Positions 9,200 through 18,511 are shown, counted from the first letter of the stretch. The stretch is 64,000 nucleotides of DNA from Pseudobacteriovorax antillogorgiicola (GCA_945898195.1 CAMDHM010000003.1:45845-109844); one strand, 5' to 3'. A program made the numbers and translations. The notes: a model not told the origin generated them from the sequence alone.

Positions 9200-9667
9200 T
9201 TAAGTGCGGCTTGGGCGTAATGCCCTGGCCATTTCGCGGTTCGCATCCTTGGTTTTGTCGCTTTGGCGTTTATCGTGGGCTTTTTTGCCCTTTGCCATGG
9301 CGATCTCAATTTTCACGAAACCATTTTTTAAATAGACCTTGGTGGGAACGACGGTAAGGCCTTTGGTCTCGGTTTGGTGGGCGATCTTGGTGATTTCAGC
9401 TCGGGAAAGCAGCAACTTGCGTGGCTGTTTTTCCTCGTGATTCATCACATTCCCGTGGCTATAGTGACTGATCTGCACTTCCTGCAGGATGGCTTCGCCC
9501 TTGTTGTCGATCTCCACCCAACCGTCGGCGATATTGATGCGACCGGCGCGGATGGACTTGACTTCGGTGCCTTTAAGGACAATTCCTGCCTCATACTTCG
9601 CGCCCAGCTCGTACTCGTGGCCGGCCTTGCGATTGGTGACAATGATTTTTATACCTTGAACAACCAT
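9200..9667 (-). CDS. smpB: SsrA-binding protein SmpB
   Basis: 155 aa from ATG 9667: IVTNRKAGHEYELGAKYEAGIVLKGTEVKSIRAG...LLLSRAEI...GLTVVPTKVYLKNGFVKIEIAMAKGKK is canonical SmpB. The 120 extra upstream codons in the ORF track are a non-coding extension. Confidence 0.9.
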   Translation of the reverse strand: MVVQGIKIIVTNRKAGHEYELGAKYEAGIVLKGTEVKSIRAGRINIADGWVEIDNKGEAILQEVQISHYSHGNVMNHEEKQPRKLLLSRAEITKIAHQTETKGLTVVPTKVYLKNGFVKIEIAMAKGKKAHDKRQSDKTKDANREMARALRPSRT

Positions 9668-9668
9668 A

Positions 9669-10676
9669 GTGGTGGTAGAGCGTAGCCGAGTCATGGAAGC
9701 CCGGCAACCGACAAGCATGCAACCTTTACCAGAACATTTTCGCAGCCTCGGACCCACCGTTGAAAACGAGGGTCCCGGTGATCGGCTCGACCTTTTTTTG
9801 GCGCGAAAATATCCGTTTTTGACCCGCGGAGGCTGGCAACTCCGAATTTTTTCGGGCTGCCTGCGGGTCAATGGAGGCATCGTTTTCCCCGCGTATCGAC
9901 TGGAACGTGGCGATCTTATAACGTTTTTCCATCCTCCTTCGGTCGAGCCAGAGGTTGATCGCGGCATCTTTGAGGTCTGGCGCGAGGGTGAGGTCATGGC
10001 GGTTTTCAAGCCAGGTAACCTACCCATGCATGAAAACGGTCCTTACCGATTCAACACGTTTACGCATCTGGTGTGGGAGGCCTTCGGTCGCGATTGGTCC
10101 GCCGTTCACCGCCTTGATCGCGAAACAAGTGGGATCGTCTTGTGCGCTGCGACGCCTGAGGCCCGCAAACGCCTTTCCGCTGATTGGGCTGCCCGTAAGG
10201 TCCATAAGGAATATCTGGCGATTGTGAATGGTGCGACTCAGCACGATGCCTGGACGGAGTGCGGTCCGATTGGGGACCTAAAGGAATCACAGATTCGCAT
10301 AAAAAAATGGGTGATTCCCGATGGACTCGATGCTGAGACGGCCTTTGAAACTTTGGGGCGTGGAACCGCCCATAGCCTGTTGCGCGCGACGCCGAAAACC
10401 GGACGCACGAACCAAATTCGCATTCATGCGGCGTTTGCCGGCCACCATCTGGTTGGCGATAAGCTTTATCATCCGGATGAGAATGTTTTTCTCGATTATT
10501 TCGAGAACGGAAATACGGCCGACGTCCAAGAACGTTGCGGCTTTCACCGTTTGTGTTTGCATGCCGGCAGACTTCGGTTTGCTCATCCTCAATCGAAGGT
10601 CACAGTAGACGTTGAGGTGCCAATGCCTGCAGATATGTTAGCCCTTTGGAAAGGGCTCGGATCCGTGGCCTTGTGA
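9669..10676 (+). CDS. RluA-family 23S rRNA/tRNA pseudouridine synthase with N-terminal S4-like domain
   Basis: Catalytic motif HRLDRETSGIVLCA. Also KEYLAIV, TGRTNQIRIH and LHAGRLRFAHP. N-terminal RLDLFLA...RVNG is S4-like. The exact start is uncertain, since 9669 abuts the smpB start. Confidence 0.85.
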   Translation: MVVERSRVMEARQPTSMQPLPEHFRSLGPTVENEGPGDRLDLFLARKYPFLTRGGWQLRIFSGCLRVNGGIVFPAYRLERGDLITFFHPPSVEPEVDRGIFEVWREGEVMAVFKPGNLPMHENGPYRFNTFTHLVWEAFGRDWSAVHRLDRETSGIVLCAATPEARKRLSADWAARKVHKEYLAIVNGATQHDAWTECGPIGDLKESQIRIKKWVIPDGLDAETAFETLGRGTAHSLLRATPKTGRTNQIRIHAAFAGHHLVGDKLYHPDENVFLDYFENGNTADVQERCGFHRLCLHAGRLRFAHPQSKVTVDVEVPMPADMLALWKGLGSVAL

Positions 10677-10688
10677 GACCGTGTTTGC

Positions 10689-11954
10689 TCACGGTATGCC
10701 AAGTGTGACCTCTTTCGATGTGTTTCTGGATAGATCAACGATTATGATTTTGTCGGCAACAGATTGTGCCCCATCCATGTGGGTCAAGACGATGAATTTA
10801 GTGTTGGGCGAGATGCCAACTTCACCGAAATAATCGACGCCTTTTGTCGAAAACTCTTTGATCACCCGACCTTCCCCGTAGTTCACGAGAAAGACTTTTT
10901 GCCAGCGTCGGCGAACGTCATCGGTTCGTCCCTGCACCAGTGCAATTTTACGATCAAAGTTTGGCCAAACGAGGGCTTGAGTTACGTTGTTAGTGGCAGG
11001 TAGCTTGAAGCTAAAGTCACTATTTTTGGTGACCCCGGTCCACGAGCTAATTTCATTGATCAGAATGCTATTAGTGGAGGCTGAAACTTTCAGTGCCGCA
11101 AAACGACCCATGGTTTGCAGAATTTGGAATCCTTCTTTCACTTTGATTGTCTGCTGGGTTTTGGCAAGTGGCATCGAAACCGTGGTGAGCGTTCTTTTTT
11201 TAGCGTCCCAGAGGGTCTGTCTTGAAGTGAGTGGGTCGACATAAACGACGTCGTTTCCGGGTTCAACCTTACCAAGATTGCGTGACTGCATCGTGCTGGT
11301 ATCGAGTTGCAAGATGTTTCGGTTAAGGGGTTCGAATAGGATCGGAGTCCGATTCGAAGGAATGCTACCGAAAAACCCCTTGCGACGAATCGAAGTAGAC
11401 CCGTTGCTTGCTCCTGAAACAAGTTCAAGGTCTCCGCGTGCGCAGTTTGAAAATGCAGGGTCAGTAATTACTGCTGCCATGCTAGACGCAAATCCAGCGC
11501 TGTCCAGGGTTGCCAGGAGGTCTGCGGCCAAGGTGTTGCGTAAACCAAATTGCGGCAAAGCCAGTCCGGAACCCAGTTGGATTTCATAGACGATGAGCTT
11601 GCGTTCTGGGGCGGCGCCTTGATTTGTTTTCTTGTCGCCCTCGTTCGACTTGATCGCAGGCAGAATGATATAGGCGCGAGTGCCATCCAGTGAGAAAATA
11701 AGCTTGCGGCTGAACGGCAGGTGGAAGTCCTTGACACATGTGCTCTGAAAATCAGCGGAGTCTGTTTTGGCCGACGTTTCACGGTCGACTTTTGGCGTTT
11801 GGCTTGGACTCGGCGATGGCGAGGCTGGGGAAGATGCTGCCGGCGATGGCGATGGCGAGGCTGCGGGAGATGGCGAATTGGATTTTGCCAGCGGCGCAAG
11901 GGCGATGAAAAACATTGCGGCGACAAGGTGCCATTTATTGAACGATGGAATCAC
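10689..11954 (-). CDS. Hypothetical secreted protein with Ser/Pro-rich linker
   Basis: Start set at GTG 11954, which forms a GTGA overlap with the stop of the upstream gene. This gives MIPSFNKWHLVAAMFFIALAPLAKS (signal peptide) followed by SPSPAASPSPSPAASSPASPSPSPS. The rest is beta-rich with no known motif. Confidence 0.5.
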   Translation of the reverse strand: MIPSFNKWHLVAAMFFIALAPLAKSNSPSPAASPSPSPAASSPASPSPSPSQTPKVDRETSAKTDSADFQSTCVKDFHLPFSRKLIFSLDGTRAYIILPAIKSNEGDKKTNQGAAPERKLIVYEIQLGSGLALPQFGLRNTLAADLLATLDSAGFASSMAAVITDPAFSNCARGDLELVSGASNGSTSIRRKGFFGSIPSNRTPILFEPLNRNILQLDTSTMQSRNLGKVEPGNDVVYVDPLTSRQTLWDAKKRTLTTVSMPLAKTQQTIKVKEGFQILQTMGRFAALKVSASTNSILINEISSWTGVTKNSDFSFKLPATNNVTQALVWPNFDRKIALVQGRTDDVRRRWQKVFLVNYGEGRVIKEFSTKGVDYFGEVGISPNTKFIVLTHMDGAQSVADKIIIVDLSRNTSKEVTLGIP

Positions 11955-13021
11955 TTTGGAAGTTCCCCTTGTGCAATTGTTTTCATAATTCGGCAAAGTT
12001 CTGCTGGTTTCGGGCCTTCGGCCTCAGGTGTTCCCGCCCTAACGTATTTTGGGAAAAGGATTCGACCGCTGACCGCTGCCGTTATGTTTTTATCGTCGTG
12101 CCGCGCGATTAACGTTCCTGCCGTGATGTGCTGGAAATTCTCAAGGCCTGGCACCAGCGACACGACACCCGATTGAGGATAGGGAATGATTTCATGCCAC
12201 GTATAGATCGACCGGGAGAAGGCTTGGGGAACGATTAATCCTGGCAAGTTGCTTACGTCTGCGGAGCCTGTTGCGTGGAGCGCATGCAAGGCGCTGGAGA
12301 AACCAATTTGGATTTGATCCTGGGTAAAACCGTTTTGCCCAAGTTCGATGGTGATGCCGGTGCCGCCCCTTGCATTTACATATTCATCCGAACACATTCC
12401 GTCTTGCGAAAATGAGCCTCCCCAATGGGTGACGATAGGCATTTCAGGTGAAATCATTTGAGCAAAATCGAACGATTTTCGTGTCCACGGGAAGATGAAG
12501 AACGCCGTCTCAGATGGTTCTTTTGTTTGGTGGATATCCAGCAGAAATCGGCTGCGTTCAAGAAGATTCTGTAACTCCCGCGCACGTTGGCCTTCCCGCG
12601 TCGCGTCCAAGCTGCCCATGCCAAAGCTGCGGTTTAAATCGCGGTCCAGAAAACGCCGGCCCGCAAGTGCCGCCTCGACATTGCCCAGGGCGATTCCAAT
12701 TGTAGTTTTTAGGTGGATTTCCCCCGTCAGAATTTGATCTAGAATTTTTTGCAACACCGGCAGTCCGCCTACTTCGTTGCCGTGGACAATTGCCATAATG
12801 GAAAAATTTATTTTGCCGCCTGGAGCCATCGCATCCCGGACGCTGGCGACATCTGGCCCAAGGCATATCGTGTTGGGGGCACATTCAATGGATGGCAACC
12901 TTTGGCGGGCCCCTCGAATCGTCTTTTGAAAATTTTCAATGTGCTTGTCGATTTGATGTCCTGGTATTTGACTTTGGTTAGGCACTAAAAAAAGCTCCGC
13001 TATATCTCTGATCTCTGGCAT
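11951..13021 (-). CDS. Succinylglutamate desuccinylase/aspartoacylase (AstE/AspA, M14-like) family protein
   Basis: 356 aa. IMAIVHGNEVGG is the Zn-binding HxxE motif characteristic of this family. A later DIHQT (His ligand) fits the family spacing. Confidence 0.7.
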   Translation of the reverse strand: MPEIRDIAELFLVPNQSQIPGHQIDKHIENFQKTIRGARQRLPSIECAPNTICLGPDVASVRDAMAPGGKINFSIMAIVHGNEVGGLPVLQKILDQILTGEIHLKTTIGIALGNVEAALAGRRFLDRDLNRSFGMGSLDATREGQRARELQNLLERSRFLLDIHQTKEPSETAFFIFPWTRKSFDFAQMISPEMPIVTHWGGSFSQDGMCSDEYVNARGGTGITIELGQNGFTQDQIQIGFSSALHALHATGSADVSNLPGLIVPQAFSRSIYTWHEIIPYPQSGVVSLVPGLENFQHITAGTLIARHDDKNITAAVSGRILFPKYVRAGTPEAEGPKPAELCRIMKTIAQGELPK

Positions 13022-13050
13022 GATCCGAAAAGACTTCTCGCACTTTCGCC

Positions 13051-13752
13051 GTGTTGGCTATTTTGTCACAAAATGCTTCCCTTGGGGGCCTTGTCGTGAA
13101 CCAGTCATTTTTTCTTGTGCCGCTTTCCACAATTTTTGGCTTTAGCACTTTTCGGTTCGCCATTGCCGCTTCGTTCGCGGTGTTGGTGGTGGCTTGTGGC
13201 AATTCTGGGTGCTCTATTAATAAGAAGATGCCGCAAACCCATGACGGGGTTGCGCTTAAATCGGTCCGTGTCAGTAAATCGTCGAATCCGCCGGCGAGTT
13301 TGGCCGTGGCTCGCGTTAAGCCGGTTTGGCAAAAGAATTTTATGGAACGGGCCAAGGAACTCAAGGCCGTCGAGGCCTGGGGGCTATTTTCGGAGGGGGG
13401 CTGGGTGGACGATGGACAGACCATGGTTTTCGTCGTTCCCGAGGGCTTAGCCGAAGTCGAGGCCGTTTTTCCTGGTGGCCGTGCCGCCAGCAAACTCAAG
13501 CCTATTTCGGCGGCCGATGTGCTGCTTTTTAGGAAAAATATGGCGAGTCTCGATGGACTTGAAGATCATATAGAGGCTGTCTTTGATGCGGTACAGTATG
13601 AGCTTGTGCACTTAGTCCCGCTAGAGAGTGAGGCTCAGTTGGGTGTTAAAACCAGGATTATGATGGTGCTCCCAACGGAACACAAGGCCCCAAAACACCT
13701 GGCGTTGTTGAAGGCGATCAAAGCCATCCGGCAGGAGAGGGCAAATCAATGA
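13051..13752 (+). CDS. Hypothetical lipoprotein
   Basis: Hydrophobic leader ending in the lipobox LVVAC-G. No family motif. The start is uncertain (ATG 13051 or GTG about 13117). The stop overlaps the pfk start (ATGA). Confidence 0.5.
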   Translation: MLAILSQNASLGGLVVNQSFFLVPLSTIFGFSTFRFAIAASFAVLVVACGNSGCSINKKMPQTHDGVALKSVRVSKSSNPPASLAVARVKPVWQKNFMERAKELKAVEAWGLFSEGGWVDDGQTMVFVVPEGLAEVEAVFPGGRAASKLKPISAADVLLFRKNMASLDGLEDHIEAVFDAVQYELVHLVPLESEAQLGVKTRIMMVLPTEHKAPKHLALLKAIKAIRQERANQ

Positions 13753-14849
13753 AGCTTGGCGTATGCACGGGCGGCGGTGACTGCGCCGGTCTCAATGCCG
13801 TTTTGCGAAGCCTAGTTCTGACGGCTCGCACTCGCGGCGACACCGAGATCATCGGCATTGTGGAGGGCATCAATGGCCTTGCCTTCAATCCGCCTCGCCA
13901 TCAGGTCCTGTATTCCCCAAATAGTGGCGGTTTAGATGAGTTTACCTTGGACAGCCTGCTGACCCTCGGTGGAACTTACTTGATGACTTCGAATGCGGGA
14001 AATCCGTTTCGAGATCCGGTTGTCGGGGCGACCTATAAAGCAGATGTCATCCGCGGCTACAAAGCACTGGGTTTGGATGGGATGATTGTCATCGGCGGCG
14101 ATGGAACCCACTGCATCGCTGCAGAGCTTGCCAGTGGAGGCGTCAGGTTGATCGGGATTCCTAAGACGATTGATAACGACTACTTCGATTCAGAGATGGC
14201 GGTAGGATTTACTTCAGCCGTTAATGTTGCCGCCGAAGCCGTCATGCGGGTGAATACGTCAGGCACATCTCATGGACGCATTATGGTGGTGGAAGTCATG
14301 GGGCGGAATGCTGGCTACATCGCGTTGAATGCCGGACTTGCCGGTGGGGCGGACGCTATTTTGTTGCCTGAGCGGCCTTTTTCGCGGGACCGCCTCGCGA
14401 GGCACCTGCGGGAAACTGCTTTGACTCGCAAAAGCCATGCTCTTGTTGTGTGTGCGGAGGGGGCTCACGCTGGGGGTGAAGATCTGAATTATCGCGCCTC
14501 CGCGAGCGGAAGCCGCCACCTCGGGGGGGTTGGTGAAGCCGTCGCTAGCTTTCTGCACGATGCCCTTGATCGGGAGGCGCGCTGCACATCGTTGGGGCAT
14601 ACCCAGCGTGGCAGTCAGGCGGATCCAGTAGATCGGATACTGGCTGCTAGGTTTGCGACCCGAGCCATCCGGCTTGCCCATGAAAACCGGTTTGGTTCGA
14701 TGGTTGTCTTGAAAAAAGGTGAGGTAGAAGTCGCCAAATACCCAAAGCCCCGAAGTCGGGGTGGGTCGGCAGCACGGTGCCTTGCCTCCTCGGATCCAAC
14801 GATCATCGCGGCCGAGGATATGGGCATCTATTGCGGGGAAGTCCCCTAA
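13749..14849 (+). CDS. pfk: 6-phosphofructokinase (PFK-A family; phosphoryl donor not resolvable by eye)
   Basis: GGDCAGLNAV, IGGDGTH, IPKTIDND, MGRNAGYIAL and GHTQRG are the canonical PFK motifs. Confidence 0.85.
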   Translation: MKLGVCTGGGDCAGLNAVLRSLVLTARTRGDTEIIGIVEGINGLAFNPPRHQVLYSPNSGGLDEFTLDSLLTLGGTYLMTSNAGNPFRDPVVGATYKADVIRGYKALGLDGMIVIGGDGTHCIAAELASGGVRLIGIPKTIDNDYFDSEMAVGFTSAVNVAAEAVMRVNTSGTSHGRIMVVEVMGRNAGYIALNAGLAGGADAILLPERPFSRDRLARHLRETALTRKSHALVVCAEGAHAGGEDLNYRASASGSRHLGGVGEAVASFLHDALDREARCTSLGHTQRGSQADPVDRILAARFATRAIRLAHENRFGSMVVLKKGEVEVAKYPKPRSRGGSAARCLASSDPTIIAAEDMGIYCGEVP

Positions 14850-14853
14850 TTCT

Positions 14854-14976
14854 TTAGTCTTTTTTGATGCGCCTGCCGTGTGGGCTTTTAGCTTTCCGGC
14901 GTTTCACGCGTGCTTTCATGGCAGCGCGTTTGCGGGCGGTCTTATTGCGATTACGGGGCGGACGGTTCTTGCGCAT
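14854..14976 (-). CDS. Candidate small (40 aa) Arg/Lys-rich protein, unlisted in the ORF track
   Basis: My reverse-complement reading gives GGAG, a 6-nt spacer, then ATG. The product is MRKNRPPRNRNKTARKRAAMKARVKRRKAKSPHGRRIKKD* (18 of 40 residues are R/K). It is co-directional with and 91 nt downstream of the barrel gene. No family was recognised. Confidence 0.35.
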   Translation of the reverse strand: MRKNRPPRNRNKTARKRAAMKARVKRRKAKSPHGRRIKKD

Positions 14977-15067
14977 TGGATACTCCATCAAAGCTCAAAA
15001 ATACGGGCTCGTGTCTAACAAGCTTCGGGGTCTTTACACCAAGCTCCTGACTACATGCCAGTAGAAT

Positions 15068-15742
15068 TTATAGTTTCATGCCCAAGCTTAGGAAAACATT
15101 ATTGAAAGGGCCAAAGGTTTGGGCAAACAGTTGCATGGTGGTCTTTTCATCCTTCGTTTCAGTCGTACCCGAGGCGGTGATCGTCTTTTCAATGGCGAGC
15201 AGGGGCGATTCATAGAAGGTTGATTCCAACTCAAAAAACAGAGAATCGTCCAAAGCCATTCGAAATCCCAAACCCGCGCTGTGAAATAGGCCATTAACCG
15301 TCTTTTCGGTGTATCCAACCTTGTTGAATTCCGATTGGGAAGCCGACTTGTAAGAGCCACCGGCAAAGCCAAAAGGGACGGCGCTTTGGCTTAAGGGGCT
15401 GAAGTAATAGCGAACTCCGCCGCCCAAGAGTAAATCGACGCTGTTATCTGGAGCCTTTCCGCTATTGCCAGAAGAGTAACTATTAATGCCAATGCCACCT
15501 GTGGCGAACCAACTCATCGTTTGGCTCAAGGTGTCGTGATAGCGGCCTGTGACGCCGAACGCCGATTTGGAGCCTGAATCTACCCCATCCGACTTGCTCT
15601 TTTGTGAGCTGAACAGCAACGTGCCAAGGGTGGCCTCGGTGGCGAAGGCGGAGTTAGCGGTAAACCCAAGTACACCCAGTGAAATTGCGATGTGGCTAAA
15701 AAGGCTGATTAATAAGCTGCCAGAAAATTTGCGACTGGACAT
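15068..15742 (-). CDS. Small outer-membrane beta-barrel protein (OmpA-like/OmpW-like barrel class)
   Basis: Start at internal ATG 15742 gives MSSRKFSGSLLISLFSHIAISLGVLGFTANSAFA (signal peptide). The remainder has alternating amphipathic beta-strands with Gly/aromatic girdles (GVRYYFSP, GFAGGSYKS, GLGFRMAL, FFELESTFY). Confidence 0.6.
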   Translation of the reverse strand: MSSRKFSGSLLISLFSHIAISLGVLGFTANSAFATEATLGTLLFSSQKSKSDGVDSGSKSAFGVTGRYHDTLSQTMSWFATGGIGINSYSSGNSGKAPDNSVDLLLGGGVRYYFSPLSQSAVPFGFAGGSYKSASQSEFNKVGYTEKTVNGLFHSAGLGFRMALDDSLFFELESTFYESPLLAIEKTITASGTTETKDEKTTMQLFAQTFGPFNNVFLSLGMKL

Positions 15743-15783
15743 TGCGTGTTCCCCTTCAAGATATCTTGATCTTGGGCGAGATA

Positions 15784-17145
15784 CTACAAGCTGATCGGCG
15801 GACTTGTCACGACAAAGAATGAGTAGCCAGGGACCTGTTCTTGGCATTTTGCCGTGACCTTGGCTTTGTAGGTGCCGGTTGAATTGAAGGCATTTTCGGG
15901 AAGGACAAGGGTGTCTTCCGTTCCAGCAATAGAAAGCGACGTATAAACCGGCTTGTTATTGGCATCAAAGACGGCAACGGACCACGTGTAGGCTGTGATC
16001 GTCCCAAATGGATTGCCAACCCGGTTGATCGTGCGGGTCACAGCGTCCCATACAGGTGTGCTCAGAGCGTTTAAAGTCAATGGTGGTGCCGTGACCGGAT
16101 ACTTGCTTCCGGTGATCGGTTGATCCGTTGGATTGGTTTCTCCGTCAATGCGACGCGGCTCAAACAAAATAACCTCGAAGCCTCTCAAACGGGTCGGACT
16201 TCCGAGCGTGATGCGTCGGCCAAAAATGCCATCGCCGACAAGGCCGTCGTCGCTGGCCCCATCATCAAGCAGAGTTTGATCCCATGCCACACTGCTGCTG
16301 CCCGAGGTCGTTGTCGCGCCGCTGATAATAGTGCTGGATCCAAGGATTTTGATATCTTGGGCGACCAGATGCGGTTTTAATTTTGCACTGAAAACAATTT
16401 GCACGGTTTCCGTGCCGCTGCTGTTTGAGGATAATTCGTATTGCACGGCCGCATACTCAAGGCCCTCGCTAAAGAAATTAGGGCCAACTCCTTCGGCGGA
16501 ATCGATTTTAGAGTTTTTATTGATGTCGGATTCGAAGATATCCAACGTGTTATTGGCATTCCGGTCGGGATTGAACACAGTAGGAAGGCCATTGGGGTCT
16601 GTGGCAGTCATCGATCCGCTATCGATTAAACCGTAACCTGAACTTCCATATGCGGAATTGGGAACACCGTCACCACGGTCGCTGTTGATGGCTTCATCAA
16701 TCGGAACAATTCCGTCGAAGGATCCAAAAATTATGATCGGTCCGCGTTCAAATAGGGGTGGAAGTTGATCAGGAACGCCGGTGAAATACTGGTTGATGAC
16801 GGTGGCAGAAATTGTCGGAAGCGAAAGGGTAGACCTTAGCAGGTTGTCGGGAGACAGCAGGATCATCGTGTGCGCACGATCTTCGCGGACGTGAGTCAGG
16901 GCAAATATTCCGCTGGCGTCAATTATGGCGCTGCGGACAATCTGAGTCCCTTTGTCCAGCATCAGCATGGTCCAGTTGGACATGTCGGATTGGCGGCCGG
17001 TGCTGCTTTTGATTGAGCCGGATATATTTTTAAGGGCGAAACTTTCGTCAGACTTTGATCCACTTGGACTGCATCGAATTAGCGCAATAAAGCTGGCCAG
17101 AATCGCTATGCCGCAGATTGAGTTGGTAAATCTAAGTGGCTTCAA
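15784..17145 (-). CDS. Hypothetical lipoprotein (large, beta-rich, secreted)
   Basis: TTG at 17145, 7 nt after the upstream stop, gives (M)KPLRFTNSICGIAILASFIALIRC-S, a leader with a lipobox. ATG 17262 would overlap the upstream CNNM gene by 110 nt. No family motif was seen. Confidence 0.5.
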   Translation of the reverse strand: MKPLRFTNSICGIAILASFIALIRCSPSGSKSDESFALKNISGSIKSSTGRQSDMSNWTMLMLDKGTQIVRSAIIDASGIFALTHVREDRAHTMILLSPDNLLRSTLSLPTISATVINQYFTGVPDQLPPLFERGPIIIFGSFDGIVPIDEAINSDRGDGVPNSAYGSSGYGLIDSGSMTATDPNGLPTVFNPDRNANNTLDIFESDINKNSKIDSAEGVGPNFFSEGLEYAAVQYELSSNSSGTETVQIVFSAKLKPHLVAQDIKILGSSTIISGATTTSGSSSVAWDQTLLDDGASDDGLVGDGIFGRRITLGSPTRLRGFEVILFEPRRIDGETNPTDQPITGSKYPVTAPPLTLNALSTPVWDAVTRTINRVGNPFGTITAYTWSVAVFDANNKPVYTSLSIAGTEDTLVLPENAFNSTGTYKAKVTAKCQEQVPGYSFFVVTSPPISL

Positions 17146-17152
17146 AATGGTT

Positions 17153-18511
17153 TTAAACCTTGTCTTTTGAGTCCTTGATGTCTTTGACTGGTTCGCGCAG
17201 ATTTTTTGGCGGAGTGACCAAGACCTTGTCGACCCGGTGTCCGTCCATGTCCATGACCTCAAAGCGCCAACCTTGCCATAATACCACGTCCGTCTCGCGC
17301 GGGATTCGTCCCACCGACATCATGATCATGCCGCCCAAGGTCTGATAGCCGCCATCCTTCTCGTGGGGCATTGTAGATAGGTTGAACAGGTCCTTCATAT
17401 CTTGAATCCCGATCATCCCCTCGACCAGCCACGTGCCGTCTTTGCGTTTTACGGCAGACCTCTCATTTTTGGCTTCGTCATCGGGAATATCGCCGACAAT
17501 GGCCTCAAGAACGTCGATAAGAGTGATGATGCCAGCGGTTCCCCCGTATTCATCGATCACGATGGCGAGGTGTTTTCCCGAAGATTTGAACATCTCCAGA
17601 ACCTTCAGTGATGGCGTCGATTCCATTACAAACAGTGGATCGAGGACCATCTTCCGCAGTTCAGGGCGATTTCCCGTGGCCAGGACCTGCCACAGCTGCT
17701 TCACGGAGATCAGCCCAGTGACCTGATCAGGATTGGTTTCATAGACTGGAAAATAAGAGTGCGGGCTGGCCATCATCTTGCGCATGCTGTCGTCAAACGA
17801 GTCGGCGAGATCCAGCATCACGATCTTGAGGCGCGGCGTCATGAGCTCGTCGACCCGACGGTCGCCCATCCGCAGGGCTCGTTTCATGATCGACTCTTCC
17901 TCTTTTTGGAAGACTCCGGATGCGGCTCCTTGCTCTATCATCAGCTTAACTTCTTCTTCTGTAACCTCGTTGCGATCGACCGCGGTGACGCCAAGGAATT
18001 TCAGGATGCCGTCCGTTGCAAAGCTGAGCATGCGGACGACCGGGTTCGTGAGTTTCGCAAGAAACCGCAGAGGGTAGGCAAAGGTGACGGCGATCCGCTC
18101 CGGGTTGTTGAGGCCCATCCGTTTGGGAACCAGTTCACCGATGACCAACGAGAGAAAGGTAATGGAAACCACGACCACTCCGAAGGCCATGGGGTCAGCG
18201 TAGCGCGCGAATATTGTTCCAGGATTCGCCTCCAGTTTGATCATGGCGGCCAATTCTTCAGACATGGTGGCACCACCAAAGGCCCCCGCAAGAACTCCGA
18301 TTAGGGTGATGCCAATCTGGACGCTGGCCAGAAATGAAGTCGGGGTGCTGGCGAGCTGCAGGGCCACCTTGGCCCGGGCATTACCGTGTTGCGACATTTG
18401 GTTGAGGCGGGTTTTGCGGGCTGAAATGACGGCAATCTCTGCCATGGTTAATAGGCCATTGCAGGCGGTCAGTAGCAAGACGATCAAGGCTTCAAAAATC
18501 AGGGAAGCCAA
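17153..18511 (-). CDS. CNNM/TlyC/CorC-family transporter (DUF21 + CBS pair + CorC_HlyC domain)
   Basis: 452 aa. N-terminal DUF21 TM region (AEIAVISARKTRL), tandem CBS domains and a C-terminal CorC/HlyC transporter-associated domain (WLVEGMIGIQDM...GWRFEVMDMDGHRVDKVLV). Confidence 0.85.
   Translation of the reverse strand: MASLIFEALIVLLLTACNGLLTMAEIAVISARKTRLNQMSQHGNARAKVALQLASTPTSFLASVQIGITLIGVLAGAFGGATMSEELAAMIKLEANPGTIFARYADPMAFGVVVVSITFLSLVIGELVPKRMGLNNPERIAVTFAYPLRFLAKLTNPVVRMLSFATDGILKFLGVTAVDRNEVTEEEVKLMIEQGAASGVFQKEEESIMKRALRMGDRRVDELMTPRLKIVMLDLADSFDDSMRKMMASPHSYFPVYETNPDQVTGLISVKQLWQVLATGNRPELRKMVLDPLFVMESTPSLKVLEMFKSSGKHLAIVIDEYGGTAGIITLIDVLEAIVGDIPDDEAKNERSAVKRKDGTWLVEGMIGIQDMKDLFNLSTMPHEKDGGYQTLGGMIMMSVGRIPRETDVVLWQGWRFEVMDMDGHRVDKVLVTPPKNLREPVKDIKDSKDKV

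Noticed and set aside
9668-10027. A 120-codon N-terminal extension of the smpB ORF (ORF track 9200-10027, 275 aa).
   Set aside because: SmpB homology begins at ATG 9667 (MVVQGIKIIVTNRKAGHEYE). The extension is Arg/Ser/Pro-rich low-complexity sequence lying antisense to the pseudouridine synthase gene. It looks like an open shadow frame, not coding sequence.
14864-15064. A 66-aa plus-strand ORF covering the same DNA as the 40-codon basic ORF.
   Set aside because: No Shine-Dalgarno precedes its ATG. It would start 14 nt after pfk yet run into the 3' end of the convergent barrel gene. The minus-strand ORF has an ideal GGAG-6nt-ATG. Neither reading is proven; see the finding on 14854-14976.
17146-17262. 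Upstream ATG (17262) for the lipoprotein gene. The same reasoning applies to the upstream ATGs at 15847 (barrel gene), 49399 (fabG), 2686 (HAD), 37371 (ferredoxin) and 30255 (small membrane protein).
   Set aside because: Each longer version overlaps the upstream gene or adds residues before a well-defined N-terminal motif (signal peptide, TGxxxGIG, DxG). The internal starts give canonical N-termini, and several are preceded by an RBS.
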